Source: a virus
Reading direction: 5' to 3' (one strand)
Length of the DNA: 64,000 nucleotides
Virus record (IMG/VR): IMGVR_UViG_3300048548_000653
Coordinates: 1-64,000 of that record
The position numbers and the translations under genes are program-made. The notes under the pieces were generated by a model. That model did not search any database. It was not told where the DNA came from and worked only from the letters and a program-made list of their open reading frames with translations. Below are positions 18,919 to 28,446 of the stretch, piece after piece; position 1 is the first letter of the stretch; every line of letters starts with the position of its first letter.

Positions 18919-19394
18919 CTTCCATTAATTTTTCCGATTATGTAAACTACAAACACAAGCAAACCTGCACCTATAATTGCTGCTATTGACCCAACTATCC
19001 ATTCTACAATAACTTGTTTGCGTTCTTCTTTTGCATAAACTTCGGCAGCACGTTTTTTACGCATTTCACCTTCAATGCGTACAATTTCGTCCCAAGCACT
19101 TGGACCGTAGTAAAAGCTGATGTGCGTTTTCATTTCTTCACGCATTTCTTTTGCTTTCTGTTTGTGTCCCCAAATTTCTAGAGCATTTTGCTCTATTTGA
19201 CTTGCGCCAAACAGTTTTTTGAACATTGGTGGATTTTGTGCTTGTTTGTGTGAAAAGTCTAAATCACTCATTGCGCCTGCCCACTGCGATAGTGTGCCTG
19301 CCATATCGTGCAGTTCTTTTCCGGTGTCTATTGCTGACTTGATTCCGCGATATGCTGCCGTGGCCAGACCAATAGCTGATACTGGATCTATCAT
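18912..19394 (-). CDS. C-terminally membrane-anchored coiled-coil phage protein
   Basis: MIDPVSAIG...; C-terminal TM segment. Confidence 0.7.
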   Translation of the reverse strand: MIDPVSAIGLATAAYRGIKSAIDTGKELHDMAGTLSQWAGAMSDLDFSHKQAQNPPMFKKLFGASQIEQNALEIWGHKQKAKEMREEMKTHISFYYGPSAWDEIVRIEGEMRKKRAAEVYAKEERKQVIVEWIVGSIAAIIGAGLLVFVVYIIGKINGSW

Positions 19395-19436
19395 TTGCCC
19401 TCATTTCTAGTAGATGCCCTCTACTAAAGGTATTTA

Positions 19437-21344
19437 TCAAAACTGGATTTTAAGACCAACACTTAACATATTGCTACTAGCGTCATCACTGATACTTCTT
19501 TGAAAGTCGCCTACAAACTTTACATTTTCTGTAACTTGCTTGTCAATGCCAATACCAATATTTGTAGTACCTTCGGTGGTTCTACTAATATGTGCTGTAC
19601 CAAAGTCGAGATCAAAATTAGCACCTAGTGTAGCATAACGATACGATTCATCAATTGCTTCGTGAACTATAGCACTTTGTACACTTCCTGTTTCTGTATA
19701 AGCATCTGTTGAACGCTTGCCTGCTACAATACCTAGCACTGGACGAACTTGTCCTGTGTTTGGTTCAACTTCTACATTTACCCAAGTGTCACTAATAGCA
19801 TATTCGCCTTGGTTAGTAAAGGTACCAATGTGTCTTTCATATGTAATATCTTGACTAGCACGATTGATTGTACCACGTACTGTGAATTCATCTAATGCTT
19901 TGCTTGCTCCTACGCCCATATGTAGAGTGGTCATATCACCTGTACTACAAGCGTCAGCTTTTGTAGTTATTCTGTTGATACCACCTTCAATGGTGATTAA
20001 ATCGTCTGTAGTGGTCGATCCACCGATACCTAACACACGACTTTCAGCACTACATCCGTGCCCTAAATCTGATGTAATACGGCTACCAGCTACATAATCA
20101 GCAAAACCCAAACTGTGTAAGTCTACAGCTTGTCCAATCTTTTTACCAGTGTCCATACGTCCTGTAAAGCTGCCTGGGTCAGTTACAGTTGATACTGCTA
20201 CTGAATCTGCTGCTGCGCTTGAAGTAAGTGTGCCATCAGTGTATGTATTAGTAACCATAGGTGTTGTAACTATTGTAGTAGTTTCTCTTGCTATAGTTTG
20301 CACGCCTGCTGCTGTTGTGCTATTGTGTGTAGTTTGTGACTGTGTTAGCACTGGCATACTAGTGTCTACAACAGTTTCAGTTGTAATCACTGGTTCTGCT
20401 GCTCCGGCTGCTGCGTCTGTAGCACTACCAACATCTTCTAATGTACCCCAACTACTGATGTCACCACCGCCACCTGCGCCTGCTGTAATAGCAGCATCGG
20501 CAGCATCAAACGCACTTGGTCCAAATATGTATGCGTAACTTGCTGTAAGTATATCGCCTGTGCTTACATCGGCCCAGTTCCAACTTAGTCCAATAGTGTT
20601 GTCGCCTGTGTTTGTGTTTGACTCTGAGTCAAAAGCATTTTCTGTATAAGCATCTGCCTCTGTTGACCAGCCTGTAATACCTGCATCAACGTTAGAGTCT
20701 GTAGAGTACAGTCCTAGGGCATAGCGTGATACTGTTGCTTCTGCAAATGCTACGTTACTATCTGGAATAACACCATAACCTAGCACGTTGTCTGTAGCAC
20801 TAGTATCGCCTGCTTCTGGCATAGCATCTGGATCAATAAAGCGTCCAAAGCTAAGTGCAGTAGCATCACTACCTGCTGTAATCTGTGTGCCAATCTCAAT
20901 GTGTTCTGATGTATCACCTAATGTATATGTGTTTTCTATTTCCCATCCACTGTGAGCAGAATTTGTACCAGTCCAAGTAAGTGAATTATCACCGTTTGTT
21001 AAACCATCTGCATCTACCCAAGTACTTCCGCCCTGGTTATTATTTTTGCTGTTAGTACCATCTATCTTAATAGCAAAGCCATCAAACGGTGAACCTGGTG
21101 TTAGGTAGTCGCCTTGTGCGCTATCTGCTGGAAATGTGCCTGAACCTGTGCTGTCAAACTGTAGTCCTGGACGAGTGCTTCCGCCTGATCCAAAAGTACC
21201 TGCTGTGCCATTCACTCCGGCTTTTACATAACTGTTTTCTAGTACACCCATACCTGTTGCTGTTGTACTAATGCTACTTGTATCTGCTAATGCTGTTGTA
21301 CCAAGTAGTGCTGCCATTACACTGGCAATCATTATTCTTTTCAT
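19437..21344 (-). CDS. autotransporter-like outer-membrane protein
   Basis: Signal peptide, Thr/Gly/Asp-rich passenger, Thr-rich linker, beta-barrel ending LSVGLKIQF. Confidence 0.7.
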   Translation of the reverse strand: MKRIMIASVMAALLGTTALADTSSISTTATGMGVLENSYVKAGVNGTAGTFGSGGSTRPGLQFDSTGSGTFPADSAQGDYLTPGSPFDGFAIKIDGTNSKNNNQGGSTWVDADGLTNGDNSLTWTGTNSAHSGWEIENTYTLGDTSEHIEIGTQITAGSDATALSFGRFIDPDAMPEAGDTSATDNVLGYGVIPDSNVAFAEATVSRYALGLYSTDSNVDAGITGWSTEADAYTENAFDSESNTNTGDNTIGLSWNWADVSTGDILTASYAYIFGPSAFDAADAAITAGAGGGGDISSWGTLEDVGSATDAAAGAAEPVITTETVVDTSMPVLTQSQTTHNSTTAAGVQTIARETTTIVTTPMVTNTYTDGTLTSSAAADSVAVSTVTDPGSFTGRMDTGKKIGQAVDLHSLGFADYVAGSRITSDLGHGCSAESRVLGIGGSTTTDDLITIEGGINRITTKADACSTGDMTTLHMGVGASKALDEFTVRGTINRASQDITYERHIGTFTNQGEYAISDTWVNVEVEPNTGQVRPVLGIVAGKRSTDAYTETGSVQSAIVHEAIDESYRYATLGANFDLDFGTAHISRTTEGTTNIGIGIDKQVTENVKFVGDFQRSISDDASSNMLSVGLKIQF

Positions 21345-21406
21345 TTTTTACCCTCTTGTTATGATGCCGGTTGCGCCCTCACGCCGCGGTCCATATTCTT
21401 TGATTG

Positions 21407-21754
21407 TTATTTAAGCATAATCTCCAATCCAAAAACTACGCCGATATCTTTACTTTCTATGCCTGGTGCTAAGAACATTCTCATTTTACCTACGTCATAT
21501 GTGCCTCTGACATACGGAGTAAGTGATCCATTGTTGTAGCCTGTTACAAGTGCAGCTTCAAAACCAAAGTTGTTTATTTCTTGTCTGTGTCCTGCATATA
21601 CACTTAAATTTTCTAAACTGTTATAATATGCGCCTGTGATAAAATTTTCGTGTTCAAACCTAATATGGGGATGTACACTATTGTAGTGATCGTCAAATCC
21701 AAGATGTAAACTTAAACCTAAACTTAATGTGAATGCTTCAATTATACTATTCAT
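21407..21754 (-). CDS. small outer-membrane beta-barrel protein
   Basis: LSLH, GAYYNS, SVYAG, LVTGY; alternating-strand pattern. Confidence 0.6.
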   Translation of the reverse strand: MNSIIEAFTLSLGLSLHLGFDDHYNSVHPHIRFEHENFITGAYYNSLENLSVYAGHRQEINNFGFEAALVTGYNNGSLTPYVRGTYDVGKMRMFLAPGIESKDIGVVFGLEIMLK

Positions 21755-22434
21755 TAGTTGTTCCTATTAACAGACAAACTACAACCATTACTGTTAGTAC
21801 AATATCCTGTGACGCTATAATGGCTAGATGCAGTTGAAACATTCTGAGTAAGTTCAAAGTTGTATGCACCGCCTGAATTTGTTAAGTCAACTTCTGCTTC
21901 TGCATATTCAGTTCCTCTTTGCATAACATCAACTGAGTGTCCGTCTCCTGTGAGTACAACATCTGCCCATTTTTGCCCACCATTGCCTCTTTGGTACAAG
22001 TTAACTTCGTTGTCATCACCTTGTATTTCTACAAAGCCATCGTGTCCTTGTTTTCCCATTTGCGTATGGTTAACTTCATTGTTATCACCATTTACTATAT
22101 TTGCAAGGTGATGTGCTGCGCCTCCACCACTTCTGTTTGTGTCTGTTTGCGCACTTCCCACTGTGTTTCCATCTCCAGTTATAGTCCAATATGCTTCGTG
22201 TCCACCTTCTTCGTCTATGTCAATAGTGCCATCTACGTGCATACCTTGACGAATTGTAATATTGTTAGAACCACCATTGCTGTTTAAACTAACATAGTTG
22301 TCCTCGCTACGCTGTTGCACTTCCAATTCAAGGTTGTCGCCTGCTTGGTTTATATAGATTTCGTTACTAAAAGCCACGTTGGGAAATATTAATACTATTC
22401 CCGCCGCCCACGCCAACACGGTAGCCGTATGCAT
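21754..22434 (-). CDS. curlin-like repeat secreted protein 2
   Basis: Signal peptide, NEIYINQAG, repeated GDxN-x-V-x-x-x-Q-x-G units. Confidence 0.7.
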   Translation of the reverse strand: MHTATVLAWAAGIVLIFPNVAFSNEIYINQAGDNLELEVQQRSEDNYVSLNSNGGSNNITIRQGMHVDGTIDIDEEGGHEAYWTITGDGNTVGSAQTDTNRSGGGAAHHLANIVNGDNNEVNHTQMGKQGHDGFVEIQGDDNEVNLYQRGNGGQKWADVVLTGDGHSVDVMQRGTEYAEAEVDLTNSGGAYNFELTQNVSTASSHYSVTGYCTNSNGCSLSVNRNN

Positions 22435-23485
22435 AGAAGCCCTCCTGTTCCATATCTATATTATATCCATAACCTTGATCCAATGTAAGTTGGAATATGT
22501 GTTGATCGCCTTCTTGCCTACGCACTATAAAATTAGGATAATTTTCATCGTAAAAAATATTAGTTTCAGGGTCTAGTCCTAAAAGCTTTACATCTAATAA
22601 TTCTTGGTTTTGTACAGAAAGTTCGTCAATCCACTGTGCTAGTATTTCTGCCAACTGTCTCTCCATTTCGTCAATCCACACAGGATTCAAGTAAGTCATA
22701 TTATCCAAATCTGTAACCCAAATACTTTTTATATTTTCAACTAAAGGATCTCTATCTAACTCGTCAAAATTTAAAAAGTCAATGTCTAATAAATTTGTAT
22801 TTGGATAGGTTTTGGTTATTTCTTCTGTGTAAGGTGAAACTTTACGTACAAGCAACATTGCTGTAAGCATATTCTCAGGTAAATCTAATATTACACTTGG
22901 GCCTGGAGTTGCACCTCTATGTGGCACCACAGTGGTTTGATAAGCTTGATTCATTATAATTTGACCAACATCTGATTCTACTGATATTTCTCCTATAACA
23001 CAAGAACCACTAGCGTCACAACTTGGTAACAGTGTTATCATTGATCCACCTACTTCGTCAATAATCATCATAAAGTCTGTGCCTCGCACGTTTATTGTAG
23101 CACTTGGTGTTCTTATATTCACTCTTTGTCTGCTATTCTTTGCTATTTGTCCTGATGCATATCTAACTGCTCCTAGTGTGGCTTTCATACTCAGCGCACC
23201 AGTTTTTGTGTTGGGATCATATATAAATTCGTCTATGGTCATACGTGAATGTTCTGTTACATCAACACGAGTGTCATCTATAAAGTCCATACGCATTGAA
23301 CCTTTGCCTGTAACGATCCTATCGTTCATTTCAAGACCAAGTCCTACTTCGCCAGTGTATTTTTCTGCTTCACGCTGAATTGTGCTAGAACCTTTATGTT
23401 CTGCTATTTTGCCAATATTTGCATACACTGGGGTTGTTAGTAATAATGCACTAATCAGACTGCGTAATATCAACGTCTTGTCCAT
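22367..23485 (-). CDS. secreted FecR-domain protein
   Basis: Signal peptide; MNDRIVTG, F.DDT, IDEFIYDP, RTPSATINVRGTDF. Confidence 0.85.
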   Translation of the reverse strand: MDKTLILRSLISALLLTTPVYANIGKIAEHKGSSTIQREAEKYTGEVGLGLEMNDRIVTGKGSMRMDFIDDTRVDVTEHSRMTIDEFIYDPNTKTGALSMKATLGAVRYASGQIAKNSRQRVNIRTPSATINVRGTDFMMIIDEVGGSMITLLPSCDASGSCVIGEISVESDVGQIIMNQAYQTTVVPHRGATPGPSVILDLPENMLTAMLLVRKVSPYTEEITKTYPNTNLLDIDFLNFDELDRDPLVENIKSIWVTDLDNMTYLNPVWIDEMERQLAEILAQWIDELSVQNQELLDVKLLGLDPETNIFYDENYPNFIVRRQEGDQHIFQLTLDQGYGYNIDMEQEGFYAYGYRVGVGGGNSINISQRGF

Positions 23486-24188
23486 CGCCTGAGAATGTAG
23501 CATCTACTGTGTTATCTTTTACACCACTTTGTTTAATTTTGTAGTTGCTGCCGCCGCCGGTGATATCTAGTGTTACACTGTGTCCTGCGCTGTCTCCATC
23601 GCCGTCTTGATCTATTTCGACTAACACACCGCCTTGTTCTGTTGTGTAAGTTGATGATGAGTCTGAGGTTGTAGCTGACGAAAGTGTAGAATTATTGTCT
23701 ATTGTAACATTGACTACCGCACTTGTGCCGTCAACTTCTGTGATCAATATGCTTCCGTCGCCCTCTACTGTAAAATCAATTTGCGCTCCGTCTGCATCTG
23801 CTGTTTCACCAATTTCTAAATAATACTTGTTGGTATCTCCTGTAGTTGCAATATTCAGTGTGACGTTTTCACAGTTTACACCTGAGGTATTATCGCAGAC
23901 TAAATCAACAAAATTGTTGTTGCCTGTAAAAGTCCAAGTACCAGTATATGTATTACCTTTTATTTTTGCATCAATTATGTTTGCATTACCTGTTTGAGTA
24001 ATACTAAAAGTCATATCATCGCCATCAAGCATTGCGTCGGTGGTTGAATCACCAAATTCGTTGTCAGTCCCATCTTGTGTAATATCTAAATCAAGGGTGT
24101 CACCTATTTGTGTAATGTAAATCTCGTTTGCATTTGCTGCACTTACGAGAACCAATGATAGGATGAACCCATATAATATTGCCCTCAT
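23451..24188 (-). CDS. curlin-like repeat secreted protein 1
   Basis: GGAGGTG RBS; signal peptide; NEIYITQIGD.LDLDITQDG.DN repeats. Confidence 0.75.
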   Translation of the reverse strand: MRAILYGFILSLVLVSAANANEIYITQIGDTLDLDITQDGTDNEFGDSTTDAMLDGDDMTFSITQTGNANIIDAKIKGNTYTGTWTFTGNNNFVDLVCDNTSGVNCENVTLNIATTGDTNKYYLEIGETADADGAQIDFTVEGDGSILITEVDGTSAVVNVTIDNNSTLSSATTSDSSSTYTTEQGGVLVEIDQDGDGDSAGHSVTLDITGGGSNYKIKQSGVKDNTVDATFSGDGQDVDITQSD

Positions 24189-24218
24189 ATTTTTCCACCT
24201 CCGGCTTTTAGCCAAATA

Positions 24219-24278
24219 TATTTATAATATGTTGATATTATTATAAATACAATGTTATTTAGTGTAAATATTTTTACA
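24219..24278. promoter_or_regulatory. back-to-back TATAAATA late promoters plus TGTAAA-N4-TTTACA palindrome
   Basis: 11-bp inverted repeat at 24219-24229/24239-24249; palindrome at 24263-24278. Confidence 0.55.
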
Positions 24279-24294
24279 GTAAAGCGGGTATATA

Positions 24295-24564
24295 ATGAAA
24301 CTAAATACAGTTATGATGGCATTAAAACAAGCAGAAAAAAATCATAAAGAACAGCAGGCCTTTTGGGATGTATTTGACGAGATATGGCCGCCCGAAGAAA
24401 GACAAGATGATAAATGTTTGCACCAAGAAGTAGACGATTTTATAATAGATAGGATTGCAGCGGCTCTAAAAGAGTGCAATCACAATCGCACACACACTGC
24501 TGATAAGTTAGGAATAAAAAGAGAAACCTTATTGGCTAAGATGAAGAAGTACTGTCTTGTTTAA
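24295..24564 (+). CDS. Fis-type (HTH_8) DNA-binding protein
   Basis: IAAALKECNHNRTHTADKLGIKRETLLAKMKKY. Confidence 0.85.
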   Translation: MKLNTVMMALKQAEKNHKEQQAFWDVFDEIWPPEERQDDKCLHQEVDDFIIDRIAAALKECNHNRTHTADKLGIKRETLLAKMKKYCLV

Positions 24565-25336
24565 ATTTCCATAGATTTTGTGCAGCACCTTGATAAATCA
24601 TTTCAATTACTGCGGCCTCGATGGCTTGACGCACGGCATAATTTGATGCTTCATTTACACTATATCCAGTTTCGATTTCTAATGCTTGTGTACCTAAATC
24701 AAAAAACTTGAATGCGTTTGCACCTTGTCTGTAACTAGCAATTGATTTTTCTGCTGCTACGCTTACCAATACACGACCTGTGCTTACGCTTACAAGACGC
24801 ATTGCAACTGTCACAGTATCAACTCTATATTCTACCGCAGTACCGATTCCCATATACATAGCACCATTGCCGCCTGTAGAAATATTACTGTCATATCCTA
24901 TAATACCGCCTTCTAGTAATATACCTGCAAATTTCATAGGTGATAGAGAAACTTCTTTTTCACCATAGTTTTCCCTTGTATTGCGTATAACCTGACGTTC
25001 TTTGATCACGTGATCCATTCCACCTCGTTCTACAACTTCAAACCAAGTACCGTTGCCTGCTTGCAATAGTGCATCTATTACCCAAACTTCTGCACCTTGT
25101 GTAACTGCACTACTCAAGTTTGAAATACTTTCAGAGGGTTTACGTTGCCCTGTTTTATCTGCAAACTCATAAACACCTACTGTCATTACAGGACCATCCA
25201 ATGGCTGAAGTTTATTTAATTCTTCTACCATTGGATTATCCTGCACTTTTGCAGCATTTTGCAGCATAGTTGGAACTTCTCCTTGTGTTGCACAACCTGC
25301 AACAAATAACATTGCTAATATTGCTATAAATTTCAA
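24536..25336 (-). CDS. csgG: CsgG/HfaB-family curli secretion lipoprotein
   Basis: Lipobox VAGC, VYEFADKTGQRKP, AVTQGA, WFEVVER, EGGIIGYD, YRVDTVTV.MRLVSV.TG. Confidence 0.9.
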   Translation of the reverse strand: MKFIAILAMLFVAGCATQGEVPTMLQNAAKVQDNPMVEELNKLQPLDGPVMTVGVYEFADKTGQRKPSESISNLSSAVTQGAEVWVIDALLQAGNGTWFEVVERGGMDHVIKERQVIRNTRENYGEKEVSLSPMKFAGILLEGGIIGYDSNISTGGNGAMYMGIGTAVEYRVDTVTVAMRLVSVSTGRVLVSVAAEKSIASYRQGANAFKFFDLGTQALEIETGYSVNEASNYAVRQAIEAAVIEMIYQGAAQNLWKFKQDSTSSS

Positions 25337-25806
25337 AAGTTAAATTCCCCCATTCCTGGTATCACTATTTCCGTGTAGCCATCTGGACCATCGATAATAA
25401 GTGTTATACTTCCTGTGACTTCATCTTTGCTCCAAGCAATTTCTGCTCCTTCAACTTCTGTGGTTCCTGAATTAGAACACGCAGGCTGATCATCTGCTCC
25501 GCAGGCTGCAAACATATTGTCAACTAACTGTTTACTAAGTGTAGCATATATACGTGATTCTAAGTTACGGATAAACTTATTAAGCACCGTGTTTTCAAGT
25601 TCACGCTCAATGCGTTCTGCTTCACGTTCCGCATCTTTTCTGATATCTTCTTTACGATTAAAAGTAAGTTGTTCAAGGCTCAACATATGAGCACTGTAGC
25701 CTTGTCCTGTAAATGTAGGAGATTTAAAATTGTGTACTAAATCGCCGCTGGCTACTCCGGGGGTAACCATTAATATGAAAAAAATAATTTTAAAATAATA
25801 TTGCAT
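25333..25806 (-). CDS. csgF: CsgF-like curli assembly protein
   Basis: Signal peptide then LVHNFKSPTFTG, resembling the CsgF N-terminal pore-binding peptide; adjacent to csgG. Confidence 0.75.
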   Translation of the reverse strand: MQYYFKIIFFILMVTPGVASGDLVHNFKSPTFTGQGYSAHMLSLEQLTFNRKEDIRKDAEREAERIERELENTVLNKFIRNLESRIYATLSKQLVDNMFAACGADDQPACSNSGTTEVEGAEIAWSKDEVTGSITLIIDGPDGYTEIVIPGMGEFNF

Positions 25807-25838
25807 AAAGCTATTTATTAACAAAAAAGTTGAGAATA

Positions 25839-26909
25839 TTAAATCATTGCTTTGTTTAAAGTAAGTTGAGCCCATTGTTCTCGGCCAGCACCTGCTTGTG
25901 TTGGTATAACACTGATTGATAAGCCGCCTGCGTGTCCGCCTGTTCTGAATGCTTGTAAATCTGCTGCATTTTTTAGCATTGCAGTTTTTTGATTAGGAAT
26001 ACTCATTAGCAATAGTGCATCAAAGTCGTCTCTATTTTTATACCATTCAAAGTTTGCAGCCAAATAAGCTAGTTCAACTTGTGCTGTGTCTTCAGTTGTT
26101 GCAATTTTATCTGCAACTGATGCAGCATAATTCTCCATATCCATTTGCAGTAAATCAAGCATTAATGCTTTTCTTACCTTTTGGTTTTCTGGAACATTTG
26201 TAGGAAGGTCTTGATTTAAAGCAGCCATAAAAGGTCCTAGTCCGAGACTTCCGCCTTTTTGTCCAATGGCTCCAATTACTGACGGTATTTTTTCTTCATA
26301 CTTTTGTAGGACTGCACGTTTTGCTTTTTGACTTCCGCCACCGTAACCGATACGTCCACCACTAGAACTCATAGCTGCTTTAAGTTCTACTTTCCCAATT
26401 CCATCTATTTCTAAATCGCCTTCGCCTTGTGCAAGTCTAATTTTGTTTGATAAACAGGCTAGTCCATATTCGCCTGGACCTTTTTGTTTTTTACCTACAC
26501 CATATGCTGCTAATTTTCTAAAAGCTGCACCTCCGGCTTCGTCTCCAAACACTGCGCTAAAGGTATTGAGTGGCTTTGACAGAGATGTAATATCTACTAC
26601 GCCGCCGCCTTCTAATCTTTTAAGAAGAGCGCTCATTGTTTTATAATCGCTTTCGATTGTACTAAAAATTTTAGTCATATCTTGGCGCACTAGTAACTTT
26701 TCTTTTTGACCCATATTTTCATCTTGAAGAGGAATATCAAAAGCATTGTCAATGTTACTACTAATAGTACCACTGTTAAGTATTTTCCATATTCTATCTA
26801 ATAAATTAGCTTCATCTTGATTATCTGCCGACAATCCGGATATAGTTGATATAATTTGATCTTTTTCTTGACTTAAGTCTGTGTATTCAACAAGGTCTTT
26901 ATAACGCAT
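25839..26909 (-). CDS. PD-(D/E)xK nuclease-like protein with virion-type leader
   Basis: GPGE...GDL...VELKA; MRYKDLVE leader; TAAATA upstream. Confidence 0.55.
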   Translation of the reverse strand: MRYKDLVEYTDLSQEKDQIISTISGLSADNQDEANLLDRIWKILNSGTISSNIDNAFDIPLQDENMGQKEKLLVRQDMTKIFSTIESDYKTMSALLKRLEGGGVVDITSLSKPLNTFSAVFGDEAGGAAFRKLAAYGVGKKQKGPGEYGLACLSNKIRLAQGEGDLEIDGIGKVELKAAMSSSGGRIGYGGGSQKAKRAVLQKYEEKIPSVIGAIGQKGGSLGLGPFMAALNQDLPTNVPENQKVRKALMLDLLQMDMENYAASVADKIATTEDTAQVELAYLAANFEWYKNRDDFDALLLMSIPNQKTAMLKNAADLQAFRTGGHAGGLSISVIPTQAGAGREQWAQLTLNKAMI

Positions 26910-26930
26910 TTTTCACTCCTGATATTGTAT

Positions 26931-27617
26931 TTAGTCAATGTCAGGGAATAAACATTCCTGTACGAATACTCGTACATCCTCTTCGTCGAGTCCTAAACTG
27001 GTCATTGTTTTAGGAGTGTGCGGATTTTGTTTTTGATAATGTGCATAACGATTCTGTGCTGTTTTTACTTCGTCTGTATCTGCTGTATGATTATGATTAC
27101 CAATGTCTGTAAGATAAGCATCTACACTGTCTAAACTCAACTCTAACAGTTGATCAAGTTCTTCACGTTTGTTCACATTGCCTGCTGCTACCATATGCGG
27201 TGAGAAGATTGCTTGAGCCCATTCAGGTAGTTCACGTTCTTTGCGCCATTCAAGTTTGCTTACTTCGTCACCAAATGCTTCAATCATTGGATGATCGGCA
27301 TCTATAGTTCTACTGTAGTCGTGGAAGAACCCTGTAATTTTATTTTTACCAGCAATAACATCTAGTCCAAAAACAGGACCGTTATTGTCTAGTCTTGGAA
27401 AAACACAACAATGCATCATCCACAAACCTTTGGTTTCACGCACATCCACAACATCAATGTGTGCTCTACGATAGCTGTCACTTTGCCATACTCTGTTTAA
27501 CCAACCAGGCTGATTGAATCTATCCATTCCTGGCTCTTGTATTTCTGTACCCGTAGCGTCAAATGCATCAATTAACCTGTCTTGTATTTCTATTAAGGTT
27601 TCCCAAACTTCACTCAT
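26931..27617 (-). CDS. pcyX: ferredoxin-dependent bilin reductase, PcyX type
   Basis: RRAHIDVVD, LWMMHCCVFP, FGLDVIAG, FHDYS, LPEWA..IFS, QKQNPHT. Confidence 0.85.
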   Translation of the reverse strand: MSEVWETLIEIQDRLIDAFDATGTEIQEPGMDRFNQPGWLNRVWQSDSYRRAHIDVVDVRETKGLWMMHCCVFPRLDNNGPVFGLDVIAGKNKITGFFHDYSRTIDADHPMIEAFGDEVSKLEWRKERELPEWAQAIFSPHMVAAGNVNKREELDQLLELSLDSVDAYLTDIGNHNHTADTDEVKTAQNRYAHYQKQNPHTPKTMTSLGLDEEDVRVFVQECLFPDID

Positions 27618-28137
27618 TATTTAATTCCTCAAACAATTTGGTTGCATATTTAAAACAAATATTTGCTTCCTCTGCCATTTCGTCATCCAACACAGTACGA
27701 ACTTTTATTTTAAGGTCTTCGACATTATCAAAATCATACATAACACCTTTTGTAAATGGAATACGTTTTTTAATCATTTGACCTCCATACATATCTCCAA
27801 AGTGTCTAACATAAACGTGGGCCATTAGTTCATCACTATCAAGTGTAGGAAGGTAATTAATATAATCTACAGCACTAGGTTTTAGTTTATCTTTTGTTCT
27901 TTTAAAACCATATTCGTGTTCTAATTCTTTTAAATCAATACTAATGCGTTTGGCTCTGCGTATGTCTTCAATGCCGTCTAAGTCAGCTAATGATTCAAGA
28001 GAACCGTAGATAATAAATTGATTGTACAAGTAGGTGTGATATTGTTCAGGAGTAATACCATTCATAAGTTTCCTGGCAAATGCTGTTCTTTCAGCATTTT
28101 GATGATTCTCCCAAGTAAGTTCTTTAAGTTTGCTCAT
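27610..28137 (-). CDS. hemO: heme oxygenase
   Basis: LKELTWENHQNAE, AHVYVRHFGDMYGGQMI, EANICF. Confidence 0.92.
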   Translation of the reverse strand: MSKLKELTWENHQNAERTAFARKLMNGITPEQYHTYLYNQFIIYGSLESLADLDGIEDIRRAKRISIDLKELEHEYGFKRTKDKLKPSAVDYINYLPTLDSDELMAHVYVRHFGDMYGGQMIKKRIPFTKGVMYDFDNVEDLKIKVRTVLDDEMAEEANICFKYATKLFEELNNE

Positions 28138-28436
28138 TCTTCCTCAATTTTTACATTTAGCTGAAACCCATTTTGCCTTGCTAAATTTACAGTTTCCGTA
28201 GCTTTTTGTTCTGCTATTTCGTAACTATATATACCTGCAACTCCGCTTCCTTCTTCGTGAATTTGAATGGTTAAAGCAGAAGCAGTTTCAAAAGAGTGTT
28301 TGAATATTTCTTGTAAAATACTTACAACAAAATCCATTGGTGTTTTATCATCATTAAGGAAAATGACTTTGCAATCCTTAGGTTCTGAAATATCAATTTC
28401 AATTTTTTCGTCAATTACTACATCAGTTTTATTCAT
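28134..28436 (-). CDS. clpS: ClpS N-degron adaptor
   Basis: VIFLNDDKTPMDFV, IHEEGSG, YEIAEQK. Confidence 0.93.
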   Translation of the reverse strand: MNKTDVVIDEKIEIDISEPKDCKVIFLNDDKTPMDFVVSILQEIFKHSFETASALTIQIHEEGSGVAGIYSYEIAEQKATETVNLARQNGFQLNVKIEEE

Positions 28437-28446
28437 ATTTTTCTCC

